From: Eledone cirrhosa
Lineage: Eukaryota
Direction of reading: 5' to 3'
Assembly: GCA_964016885.1 (NCBI GenBank)
Contig: OZ024761.1
Location: 30,008,001-30,072,000 of the forward strand
DNA: 64,000 nucleotides
Positions 13,159 to 28,136 of this stretch are shown here, piece by piece (the first letter of the stretch is position 1; the number at the start of each line of letters is the position of its first letter). The position numbers and the translations under genes were made by a program. A model generated the notes under the pieces. That model was not told the origin of the DNA. It searched no databases and was given only the letters and a program-made list of their open reading frames with translations.

Positions 13159-13576
13159 ATAATAATTGTTTCTACTTTTGGCACAAGGCCAGCAATTACC
13201 CAGTGTATTACTGGTACTTTATTTTATCGACCCCGTAAGGATGAAAGGCAAGTTAACCTCGGCGGGATTTGAACTCAGAATGGCAAGGGCCGTAACTCTA
13301 GGCGTCAAAGCATGGCGTCCGACCCTCTACCGATACTGCCAATCCATCGCCCTAATAATGATTTCTTATATAGGCACAAGGCCAGCAATTTGGGGGGAGG
13401 GGTAAGTCGATTAAATCGACCCCAGTTCGTGACTGGTACTTTATTTTATCGACCCCCGTAAGGATGAAAGGCAAAGTTAACCTCGGCGGGATTTGAACTC
13501 AGATCATAAAAGGCCGTAACTCTATGCAGCAAAGCATGGCGTCTGACCCTCTACCGATACTGCCAATCCATCGCCC
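13159..13576 (-). mobile_element. two tandem copies of the main SINE
   Basis: Two head-to-tail copies, each ending in tcgccc. Confidence 0.85.
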
Positions 13577-13588
13577 TAATAATAATAA

Positions 13589-14134
13589 CTAGCTGGACCC
13601 GTGGAAAAATTCACGGATAATTTTTAAAATTTAAATATTGTCCATTGAATATTTATCAGTTAATCAAAGCTGTTTGATTTGCAGTATTTTGGTGAATAAA
13701 CAATTATATTTTCCTTTATTTTATGAATAATAATTGTTTCTACTTTAGGCACAAGGCCAGCAATTACCCAGTGCATTACTGGTATTTTATGTATAATAAT
13801 ATAAGTTTATTTTAAATTAATTTCATAAAAGTACACATAAAAAACATCCTTTAAAGCACTTCCCTATATACAATGTTTCTATTAAAGGTCATTCCCCTTC
13901 TGCAGCCATGGGTGGATTTGTTTTGAGGTATTACTTTAACTCTCACACTGTTCATCGCCCTATGGCATTTCGTCGCTGTTCAACTCTGTTTCTCATATTC
14001 TCTAGATAAATTACTGAAAGCGTGATACACACGGTCGGACGTATGGTACGTAGGTATAAGCGTATTAATATATAGATTACTGAAAGCATGACATGCACGG
14101 TCGACCGTACGATTTAAGCCTATTAATATATAGA
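13589..14134 (-). mobile_element. short non-autonomous Helitron
   Basis: Minus strand begins A|TCTATATATTAA (14134) and ends with a CCGTG..CACGG hairpin followed by CTAG|T (13589); no TSD. Confidence 0.65.
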
Positions 14135-14139
14135 TGATA

Positions 14140-15660
14140 ATAATAATTGTTTCTACTTTTGGCACCAGGCCAGCAATTACCCAGTGCATTACTGGTACTT
14201 TATTTTATCGACCCCGTAAGGATGAAAGGCAAAGTTAACTTCGGCGGGATTTGAACTCAGAATGGCAATAATAATAATGAAATTATTGTGTACAGTGCTC
14301 AGGTGCACTACAACTCATCAAAGGTGCATGTATAGTACATAGAATAATTGTTTCTACTTTAGGCACAAGGCCAGCAATTACTGGTACTTTATTTTATCGA
14401 CCCCGTAAGGATGAAAGGCAAAGTCAACCTCGGCGGGATTTGAACTCAGATCGTAAAGGGACGTAACTATGCTGGAAAGCATGGCGTCTGACCCTCTACC
14501 GATACTGCCAATCCACCGCCTGTACATAGAATAATGTACACATGTCAGGAAAATGAAGAGTGTATGAATCATGATATACATGTGTGCGTGTGTATGGAGC
14601 GGAATATCAGGTGTAGTGTTGGCGAATCTCAGGAAGCGTGGAGGTTTTAAAGGATGCAGTGTCTCGACAGCTAATAACTGATGTTCAAGAACACAGAACA
14701 CAACCCAATAAGACATTATGATCGTAAGTTCAAAACACCATGATGGTCACATACAAAGGCAATGTGAAATAAAGCATCCTGTGCTTCCCAGTGTAGAAAT
14801 CGGACTCACAATTATCATATCACAGTTTAACGTTTATTTCCCCCCGCTTGGATGGGTTAGTCGGGTCGTCCACGTTATGAGACAAGTCTGATCAGTTGGC
14901 TGAGCCGTACCTTGTTCAAAGAGAACAGCATTTTGGCTTTTATTTTTATTTTACAGCTGGATGCCCTTCATAACACCAACCACGTTTACAGTGTGGAACA
15001 GGAGTCTGGTCAGTTGGCCATGCTGTATTTTCTCTTAGCAGAACCATATTTTGGGAGCTGGGTGGTCGTGTTATGAGGAAGGTCTAGCCAGTTGGCCGCG
15101 CCCTACTTTGCTTAGAGCAGGACCGTGTTTCGATTGGGCTTTTAGTTACATGGCCACATCAAACAAATAATAGTTTCTAATTTAGGCACAACACGGTGTC
15201 TGATGCTCTACCGATAATGCCAAACTACTGCCCTAAAATAATGATTTCTACTATAGGCACAAGGCCAGCAATTTTGGGGGAGAGGAAAGTCGATGAAATC
15301 GACACTAGTGCATTACTGGTACTTTATTTTATCGACCCTATAAGGATGAAAAGCTAAGTTCACCTCAGCTGGATTTAAACTCAGAACATAAAGGGCAATA
15401 ACTTTATGTTGCAAATCATGGTGTCTGATGCTCTACCAATACTGCCAAACCACCGCTCTAAGATAATAATAATTGTTTCTACTTTAGGCACAAGGCCAGC
15501 AATTATCCAGTACATTACTGGTACTTTATTTTATCGACCCCATAAGGATGAAAGGCAAAATTAACCTTGGTGGGAGTTGAACTCAAACTGTAAAGGGCCA
15601 TAAATCTATGCTGCAAAGCAAGGCGTCCGACCCTCAACAGATACTGCCAATCCAACGCCT
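14140..15660 (-). mobile_element. cluster of nested/tandem SINEs and a LINE 3' fragment
   Basis: Main SINE at ~14140-14268, 14349-14520 (TSD gtacatagaataat), 15234-15457 and 15463-15659; third family (ggatgcccttc..accaaccac) at ~14820-15000. Confidence 0.8.
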
Positions 15661-15661
15661 T

Positions 15662-15695
<34 letters not shown>

Positions 15696-16110
15696 TAAAA
15701 CAAACAAAATAAACACAAAAATCGAAAATAATGAAAACATTTTCTCTTTATTAATTTACTCTCATCCCAACCATGAAAACAAAACATTTTTAATTTGTCA
15801 TTAATTATTACTTTTTTTTTGTCAAAAGAGGTATTTAAAATAAAAAAAAAAATGGAACTATTCAAAATTGTATGTGTAGTAGAGTGTTTTCAATCTTAGT
15901 TCCATATCGAGAATCTTGTGAAAATTATTTATGAAAGAACAATATGTTTTTTAAAAATGTTATGAAATACTGTTTTTTAAAACAGTATTTTGGTATGTCT
16001 AGCAGGAAAATATAAATATATATCATATGAAACAATATGCATCCATATATATATACATCATGCACATATAATATATATATATACATATATGTAAATATAT
16101 ATATGTGTAA

Positions 16111-16154
<44 letters not shown>

Positions 16155-16160
16155 AAATAC

Positions 16161-16198
<38 letters not shown>

Positions 16199-16271
16199 AC
16201 ACACACACATATATATATATATGTGTGTGTAAATACATGCGTGTATATATATACATATATATAATATATAT

Positions 16272-16310
<39 letters not shown>

Positions 16311-16739
16311 CACACACATATATATATATATACTCAGACATATAAATACATGTATGCATACACATACAAATGTATACATATATACATATACACATTACAT
16401 ATTAAGGTTCTGGAATGTATGAAATTTTATCATGATTATGATCATCATTGTCATTATTATCATCAATATATATATAAATCAATCAATAAATAAAAGCCTA
16501 ATCATTAAAGTTCAATACACATAACCCACACACTCCACTGTATTTTTTTGTCTTTTTGCTTTTCTTTTTTTTTTTAAATACTGATTATTCAAATTTATTC
16601 ATTTCATCTAGAAAGTCAATGACAACAACAAATTAAACAAAACTAACAATAACAAAAAAAAAAAAATAATAAAACAAGAAAATTAATTGAAATTAAAACT
16701 TTTCGTAAAACAGAACACCCATCATTTAAATAAATGTAC

Positions 16740-20000
<3,261 letters not shown>

Positions 20001-20195
20001 TACAGTGAAATGAAGCTATCGAAGAATGAATCTTTTTCCAGGGCAGCCATGTTTAAGGAATGAGAGAAGGGGTAAGATGGGTAGCAAGTATGAAGTCATG
20101 GGTGTATGAAATGTAGGACAGGGTTTGGCAGGGTGAAGTGAGGGTAACAAGAGTTGGAAGTAAGTGATCAGTGATAATGACGATAATTACAATAA

Positions 20196-20679
20196 CAGGC
20201 TGTCCCCCCAAAATTTGACCTCCTTTTGTAGTCTAATAACATACTCGCCCAAATGATCCCAAAGCATAACAAAATGTGTAAAAACTAACCATGTTTATAA
20301 GGTTAAAGGTTTTCTTTCTACCAGGGAGATGGCTCTGGTGCACCAGTGATAAAGACTATATGCTGTTGAAATGGCCATCGCGTTCACCTGACTTGACGCC
20401 TTGTGAATTTTTTTCTATGGGCCAAGAGGAACTGAAGCAGAGAATCACTGAGGCACTGGAGACTGTTATGCAAGATAAGCTACAGCATGTTTGGCAGGAG
20501 CTGGACTACCAGCTTGACACGTGTCGTGTCTCAGGCAGTGAGCATGTTGAACATTTGTGATGCTTTGTGAAATCGGTTATAAAATCTACAGCCCTCAGAA
20601 TTTCTTGTTTGAATTTTGATAAATAAAGCCTTGGAGTTATTCACATCTCAAATGATGTCAATTTTTAGGGGACACCCTG
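20196..20679 (+). mobile_element. internally deleted Tc1/mariner element
   Basis: TIRs CAGGCTGTCCCCCCAAAATTTGAC / GTCAATTTTTAGGGGACACCCTG+TA. Internal WPSRSPDLTP..ELKQRITEA..GSEHVEHL is the transposase C-terminus. Confidence 0.85.
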
Positions 20680-21155
20680 TATATAAATCCTTTTTTAGGT
20701 GAAACACGTGTCCTCAAGTATGGTTTGTTAATTGTGGAATTAACTCTCTATATAGAAATGACTTTTACAGGACTAGAAGTATTTCATTCATACAAATAAA
20801 ACATTTCCAGCCCTGTAGAAGTCATTTCTATATATAAATAAGATGCATATACTCTACAAATGTATTGAGTACCTTTTTTAATTGTGGTTACCCCCTGATA
20901 CCACTCTGGAACCTATATATATATATATATATACATTGTTATCATTTAATGTCTGTTTTCCCTGCTAGCAAGGGTAGGATGATATATATATATATATTAA
21001 CATCATCATTTAACATCCCTTTTCCCTGATATATTGAATTTGTACTGAAGACTTGGTCTTTGGACTGAACAGAATTGGTCAAGATCTCTCAATATCCACT
21101 GGCCCACCTCCACCCCAACCTCATTGTAAACCCCCTACAAGAAATGCCGACTGGG

Positions 21156-22119
21156 TCAAAGGATCGTTTGGTAGTTGAGGGACATGAAATATCTTCCAAA
21201 AATATGTCTAACAGTAGAGGAATCGGCATCTACGGAATAGATGTCTGTGTCTAGGCGTTCGTTTGGTTGGTTCAGGTATTGTGACCCCCGGTAATCATAG
21301 AGCCACTCCTCCAGAAACTGCTCCTTGTTCAGCTCGCAAATGTTGTGCAGCACACAGCACGCTTCGACAATGAGGGCAGCATTGTCGGTCTTGAGAATCT
21401 GCTTCTTCAAGAGACACTGCCAGCGTCCCTTCAACCGACGGAAACTGGTCTCTATCACGGAGTTGGCGTTGTCCAGTCTGTTGTTGAATGTGTGTTGCAT
21501 GACTGTCAATCTCCCACCACCACCACTACTGTTACTACTGCTACTGCTGTTACTCTCATCTTCAAAGGGAACCATAAGCCAATTCAACAAAGGGTAATGC
21601 ATATCCCCGAGCAGTACAATCGGCACTTCCTTGTCACCCATCAGCCGGTATTTGGGAACAAACAGCTTGCTCTTTCTCCCATGTTCATAAACTTTGGAAT
21701 TTGAGAACACATGTATGTTGTGTAAACGTCCCGGCCACCCTGTACTGATGCTTGTAAAGCAGAACTCATCATCTGCGACAGCTTGCAGGACTATCGATGC
21801 CCACCCACAGCTGTTGTAGTAGTCGGAGCTGTTCTCCTGTGGTGTGAGGATGGGGATATGTGTGGCATTGATGACACCCGCGCAGTTCGGGAAGCCCCAC
21901 CGACTCTCAAAGCTCTCGATCACACTCTCAAGTTGCCGGCCTCGTGGAATGTAGATGTATTTCTTACTGAGTACCTTCACTATAGACTGACACACTGATC
22001 TCAGTATTGAGTATGCACTTGATATTGCGATACCAAACATGTTCTCAGCAATCCGATAATCACAGCCTGAAGACAGGATATAGACTGTTACTGCAACCCA
22101 TTTTTCAATCGGAAGATTC
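21156..22119 (-). CDS. HARBI1/ALP1-like Harbinger-transposase-derived protein (DDE_Tnp_4 fold), exon 2 of 2
   Basis: Acceptor ttttttcAG-type site at 22121-22120; motifs GFPNCAGVINATHIPI, GWPGRLHN, LLGDMHYPL, IETSFRRLKGRWQCL, ACCVLHN; stop at 21156. Join 24335..23977,22119..21156 = 440 aa. Confidence 0.92.
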
Positions 22120-22457
22120 CTGAAAAACAAAAACAAAATAAAATTTAATATACTATTATAAACTCATATTAAGGTGTGTAGCTTAGTTCAGCAGTCGCCC
22201 TGACCACCAGGCCACACAGAAAGAATAAAACCTTATGCTGAGATGAGTCTGCATAACGGTGAGTTAGTCTCATTTATAGTAAAAAATGTAATAATTAAAT
22301 TATATAATATGCACTTTATAAATGTTTTGCTATGTGTGTGACTGACATCGAGCCCCCATCACAACCACCCCTTGGTCTGTGGAGAAATTGTCTGGTCCTT
22401 GGTGCAAAAGGTTTGGAGACGTCTGGCTTAGGGGTTAGGGCAAGGTGTTGGATTTAC

Positions 22458-23050
22458 AATAATAATTATTTCTATTTTTGGCACAAGGCCAGTAATTATC
22501 CCAGTGCATTACTGGTGCTTTATTTTATCAACCCAGTAAGGATGAAAGGCAAAGTTAACCTTGGCGGGATTTGAACTCAAACCGTAAAGGGGAGTAACTC
22601 TATGCTGCAAAGCACGGTGTCCGACCCTCTACTGATACTGCCAAATCCACCGCCCTTGGATTTACAATAATAATTGTTTCTACTTTAGGCACAAGGCCAG
22701 CAATTACCCAGTGCATTACTGGTACTTTATTTTATCGACCCCGTAAGGATGAAAGGCAAAGTCAACCTCGGCGGGATTTGAACTCAGATCGTAAAGGGAC
22801 GTAACTATGCTGGAAAGCATGGCGTAATGTCGTAGGTTCAGTTACTAGTTGTCTGTTGTGTTCTTCTTGAGCAAAACAGTTCATTTCATTTTGCTCCAGT
22901 ACACTCAACTGAAAATGAATACAAGCAGTAGCTAAGAGTTAACCCTGTGATGGACTCGCATACTGTCCAGGGGTAGAAATTTTATACTCTCAGTTGCTTA
23001 ATGCTGAGGAAACCAGGATAAGCACCAGCTTGATGAGCATTTGGACTTGG
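22458..23050. mobile_element. two main-family SINEs (-) and a CORE-like SINE (+) in the HARBI1-like intron
   Basis: Copies at ~22458-22655 (flanked by a ttggatttacaataataat direct repeat), 22666-22825 and 22826-23050. Confidence 0.8.
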
Positions 23051-23976
23051 GACAGACATTTAATGGATTTCAGTGGGTTGAAGGTAAAGAATTATTTTGT
23101 ATGGGGAACTTTATTATATTTTCAATATTTATTCTAAACATAGATACTCACAGTATAGCAAAAATACTCAGCTGTGAATTCAGGAAGTATTTGCTATAAG
23201 ACAGATGCAGCTACAGAGACGGAAATGGAATGTTAATATGTGATAACCTATTGACCTATTCAGGGGTAGTTTTATCTCACATCCGCTTCTTGCCATCATA
23301 TGGGTGCTAAATATATATATGTGTGTGTGTGTGTGTGTGTAGCTTAAGTCCCATTTTATCGTATCTTTTAAAATGAAAGTAAAACTTTGTAGACAGAATT
23401 TAGAAAAAAAATAGAAACGGAACCAACGAAATGAAATGTGCTTAGGTGCTGGGGGTATCATTGCTAATAGACCTCGAAATTAGAACATGAAAATATCTCG
23501 TTTGTCCAACTCACCAGATCATTTTACATGATCTGGCCACATATATATATATATATCATTTCCTTTTGTATGGTTCGGACGGGTCTTTCCAGCACAATGA
23601 GGTATATGTACATTTAATCCCAACCATGCAAAAGAAAATGATTATATATATATATATATGGAATCACTGACAATATATCTCATTTGAAGAAATATAAAAT
23701 TCATCGGATTCATTCTGTACATAAATGAGGGTTTGTTAGGGTTGGATAGTGTTTGTGTGTGTGTGTGTGGGGGGGGGGGGGGGGTATGTAAAATGAATCC
23801 GGTGAATCGGGCGAGAAATTTTCATTCTCTTTAAAGTATATTTATACACACACACATATATCTGTGTATATCCTTACACACACACACATATATATAATCA
23901 CACCTGTGCCTTACGTATAAAAGGTGTGTTATGCTTCATTATTTTTCTTTTACGTATAAAGGTTCTTCTTTCTTAC

Positions 23977-24335
23977 CTGGGCATATCTGTAATGGAATGT
24001 TCGATATCAGATCTAATGCAGTTACATAGATATTCGAAAGTCTGTTTAGACATTCTGAAATTCTCAATCCAGTCCTGAGAAGAGAAGGTGTTCTGTACAA
24101 TATGATCCCACCAATAAGAATAACGATCCTTCGTCCAAGAGATTCTATTAGCCGAAGGTTCCAATAACAAAGTCGGCAATAAATTAAACACGAAATACAT
24201 TCTTTGGTTCGACTGAAACCTGGAAAAGGCTCGGATTCGTCTGAAGTGTCGTTTTTTCATGTGGTAACATCTTTTGTCGGCTTCTAATCTCCTCTTTCTG
24301 ATCATAGCAAACACAAATGCCAGCAGTTCAGCCAT
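23977..24335 (-). CDS. HARBI1/ALP1-like protein, exon 1 of 2
   Basis: ATG at 24335; W..R...WWD.IV....QDWIENFRMSKQTFEYLC is the typical Harbinger N-terminal motif; donor AG|GTAAGA, phase 2, joins in frame to exon 2. Confidence 0.9.
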
Positions 24336-24339
24336 TTTG

Positions 24340-24430
24340 TATTTAAATAAAAATAAATAAATAAATAAATTTACCCGAAAACCGGATGTAAACAGCTAAT
24401 GGTTGCTACCGGGCTAAATTGTTGGGTATT
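24340..24430. promoter_or_regulatory. candidate bidirectional promoter core (ETS site, X-box half-site)
   Basis: ACCGGATGT at 24381-24389 and GTTGCTA at 24402-24408, between divergent ATGs 679 bp apart. Confidence 0.45.
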
Positions 24431-25013
24431 TTTATTTTTATTTTTGTGATTTTTCGTTCATAAACGACATCTGCATTAAATTTATTAAAACATATTTAAG
24501 TTGAGTTATTTTTTTATTCTTACAATGGCTATGTTTCGTTGTTGATACGTTGATATTGAAATGACGACAATTAATGCCAGCACTTTAGTTTCGTATTATA
24601 AATTAAAAATTACTTTCACCGCCGAAGTTAACTTTGCCTTTCATCCTTCCGGGGTCGATAGAATAAAGTACCAGTAATGCATTGGGTATTTGCTAGCCTT
24701 GTGCCAAAAGTAGAAACAATTATTATTTTTCACCTATTTTTTTCTAATGAATTTTAATATGTGTATTAATGTATCTATGTATATACATGAGTGTATATCC
24801 CCCTTTGTCACGAGACAGGCGAAATAAAGTACTCAAGAATATTACGCACAACTCGGTCCAAGAATCGAACCCGCAATATTATGATCACCAGTGCAACACC
24901 AACCACTGGATCTCACGTGATAATACAAAAATAACAATTTAAAAAAAAAAAAAGAAAGTGAAGATACGGCTTTTAATTAGTTGCTATCTTTACTTGAATA
25001 TAAACAAAAAAAA

Positions 25014-25140
25014 ATGTCGGACGAAGCTTTTCGGAAAGCTGGACTTAATATCGATGAATTGAATAACATTCGGTTATTAGATCCTGATATATTTCAACAG
25101 AGCTCTGAACTGAAGGATGCCTGCAAAGACTTTACAGATA
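25014..25140 (+). CDS. IFT20: intraflagellar transport protein 20, coding exon 1 of 4
   Basis: MSDEAFRKAGLNIDELNNIRLLDPDIFQQSSELKDACKDFTD resembles the IFT20 N-terminus; donor GTAAGT. Join 25014..25140,26982..27067,27427..27530,27955..28036 = 132 aa. Confidence 0.95.
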
Positions 25141-26649
25141 GTAAGTTTACTGTATTTGTCTGTTGATAGTTGGTAATAATATCTTTGAAAGACAGACTCT
25201 GAGAGAGAGCTAATTAGAAAGTTGTTTGTTGGTAACTAAGGAAGACAACAATGGAGTTACACAGGATAAAATCAATATATATATATATAGACAGACAAAG
25301 AAAGATATATATATAGTTTAGCTTGTTTAATATATATATATTATATGAATATATATTAACTTGGCGCTTTCGCGCTGTTACCCCACATTTCAAATAGAAA
25401 CAAACGTTATTATATAACGCTAACTCCAAACGTAACCTCTAAACCCTTACCTTGTACTCTAAACCTTACTTTAACCCCTAACTCCAACCCTATCTTTAGC
25501 CCAAACACAACATTACTCCTAACTTTACTCTAACCCCTAATTCTAGCTCTAACCTTATATAATGTTTATTTCAATTTGAAGTCAAAGTAATAACGAAGAA
25601 GTACTGAAATTTATTATAAATATTATATTGCGAATACTAAAATAGCCAATGAGTAGGGCTCTTTTGGCGGCACACACGCATATATATTCATATACACACA
25701 TCCATACAAATTTATATATGCACACACGTATAAGTATCATCATCGATTAACGTCTATCTTCCACGCTAGCATGGGTTAGACGGGAATTGTCCCACTTGAG
25801 GCAAGATTGGTCGGGTGACCGTGTCTCGCTCGTATAGGACTATCTGGCAGGTTTTCTACGGCTGGATGCCCTTCCTAACACCAACCACGTTTACAGTGTG
25901 GACTGGGAGCTTTTTACCGTGTTACATACACGACCACATTACAGCATGGACTGTGTTTTTTTGTCGACCTCATTATTTTGTACTGGATGTTGTGGTACCA
26001 ACATAACTTTACAGAGAAAGGGTGGTGTTGGTGGGAGTGGGAGGATGGAGTAGGGGTAGTGGGTTGGGGTGTATATTTGGTTAAGAGGTGCCTACTGACT
26101 AGGTTTTGTTTTGTACATAGGCAAGGCGGGTCTTCTGTATTACTGCGTGGCGCCAAAGTATATATATATATTTATACATACACACAGACATATATATATA
26201 TACTCACACACACATATAACTGAACTCGGTAGAGCTTGATCCACCGAAAGAACGTTTATGTAGTCGATTGATGTGCTTGTGCTAGAAATAGTAACCAAAT
26301 ATCCCTCAGATTACAGTCTGAGATCATGTGGCTCTGGGTTCCCTGTGATTTGTTGAACTGTTGCTTATTGCATGACAAACATTTACAAATGTAAGGAGCA
26401 ATCTACCCTTTAAGCCTAGGCCTTGTTAGCTGCCTCACTGGAAGTGCCTTCTCCACTGACCAATTCAATAACAAGTCTGCAGTAAAGGTTCTTCATCAAC
26501 AGTTTGTCTTTTCTGAGCTTGCAGGCAATACTCTATGTGGGACAGTCGTGGCTTGAGTAGTTCTGATCATAGATCTAGTATGCACCATCTTCACCGCCAC
26601 CATACACCTCCCATGTCCTAATGCACGCCACAATCCCCACCAAAGACTC

Positions 26650-26895
26650 TAGCCCATACTGTAAAGTGGTCGTGTTGGTGACATGACAGAAAGCGTCCAG
26701 CCCACACTAAAGTGGTCCTGTAGGTGTCACGACAAAAAGCATCCAGTACATACTGTAAATGTGCTTGGTGTTAGAAAGGGCATCCAACCATAGAAACCAA
26801 ACCAGAATCAGTTCTGTATGAGCGAGACATTGTCATCTGACCTCACTTGCCTAACCCATGTGAGTGTGGAAAAATGAATGTTAAATGGTGATGAT
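26650..26895 (+). mobile_element. third SINE family (ggtgttaggaagggcatc...gttaaatg.tgatga tail) with ~40-bp internal tandem repeats
   Basis: Related copies at ~25740-25920 (-), 27620-27800, 28430-28760 and 32690-32810. Confidence 0.65.
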
Positions 26896-26981
26896 TATAG
26901 ATGTTTTATAGTGATAATAGATCTGTTACTTATTGATTATATATTTGTTATTCAGTGAAAATATCCTGTTTGTTATTTCAG

Positions 26982-27067
26982 AAATCGAGTCTTTCCATAA
27001 AATTGTAGTGTCTGTCATCGCAGTTGTTGACAATGTGGCAAAAGAAGTAGAAAAAGAAAAAATGAAG
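26982..27067 (+). CDS. IFT20: IFT20 coding exon 2
   Basis: tttcAG|..(K)IESFHKIVVSVIAVVDNVAKEVEKEKMK|GTAAAT. Confidence 0.95.
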
Positions 27068-27426
27068 GTAAATCTATGTTGATATATTCAACAGCAGCAG
27101 AAACACTTGTCATCACTACTGCTGTTTTAAATCCTGCCGATGTCAAAGTTGCCTTTCATTCTTCCAGTGATTCATAGAAAGCTTGCCAAACAAAGGGTTG
27201 GGAGGACTCACCAGTTTTGTCAAAGATATGGCAGCCTACTGTGTTGGTGCTACGATAGAATGTAAACTAGATGCGAACCCCCAGTCTCTCTGGGAGGTTA
27301 GTAGTCCCTGCTCAGTGAAGACCTGCCCAACCCTTTTGTAGCAGGGAGAGTGGATATTAAATGATGACGACGACGACGACGACGACACATGGCATATTTT
27401 TATGGTTGATATTTTCCCTTCCTTAG

Positions 27427-27530
27427 GCAATTGGTTCAAGAAACATGCTGAAGTCCATCACCAAACAGAGAGAAGCAGAACAGATGCAGCTGTTGGCACT
27501 AATCACAGAGAAGACAATGCAGCTAGAGAG
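27427..27530 (+). CDS. IFT20: IFT20 coding exon 3
   Basis: ccttAG|[34 protein letters not shown](R)|GTCAGA. Confidence 0.95.
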
Positions 27531-27954
27531 GTCAGAGGTCATTTTTTGATAAATATCTTCCCTTTCTAGTATTTTCTCATATTGCTTTGATTGAACTGAG
27601 GCTGAGTAGCTATGATAAAGTGCACTGCCAAGTGGTAGTGTCGCAATAAAATACACCCAGTACTCTGTAAAGTGATAGTGCTGGTGCCATGATAAAATAG
27701 ACCTAGTACATTCTGTAAAGTGGTAGCATGATAAACTACTACATCCAGGGCACTATGTAAAGTGATCGCGTTGGTATCACAAAATAAACAACCTACAGGT
27801 ACTTCTCAGACAGTATTTTTTTTTTTTAAATGTTTACATGTGTATATCCATCTAACCCATTCTTCTGAAATTATAGAAGAGCTAGCTTCAGGTGTTACAT
27901 ACCCAGGTGTTGGCTTTGCTGCTACTACTATTAGTATTTTTGTTTTATTTCTAG

Positions 27955-28036
27955 ATTACGTATTCAACATGAAGCTCTGTTAAAACAAGAGAGAGACCAG
28001 AATGAATTCATTGAACAGTTGATGCTAGAGAAATAG
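27955..28036 (+). CDS. IFT20: IFT20 coding exon 4
   Basis: ttctAG|LRIQHEALLKQERDQNEFIEQLMLEK-stop. Confidence 0.95.
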
Positions 28037-28130
28037 ACACAATTTCCTTGCACAAAGTTCTAGCAAAAATAATAATTATGTGGTAAAAAAATTATTTAAT
28101 TTAATATCAATTTCCGTCCTCATGTTTGAA

Positions 28131-28136
28131 AATAAA
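28131..28136 (+). terminator. candidate polyadenylation signal of IFT20
   Basis: AATAAA 95 nt after the stop codon, followed by T-rich sequence. Confidence 0.5.

Noticed and set aside
20196-20679. TIRs as possible ends of a Harbinger element carrying the HARBI1-like ORF
   Set aside because: Both TIRs lie downstream of the gene and enclose mariner-type transposase sequence, so this is a separate element.
21325-21998. Plus-strand ORFs overlapping the HARBI1-like exon
   Set aside because: Antisense shadows with no recognisable motifs.
25420-25560. Degenerate (CCCTAA)-like tract suggesting an interstitial telomere
   Set aside because: Highly degenerate and short; more likely the internal repeat of a small transposon in IFT20 intron 1.
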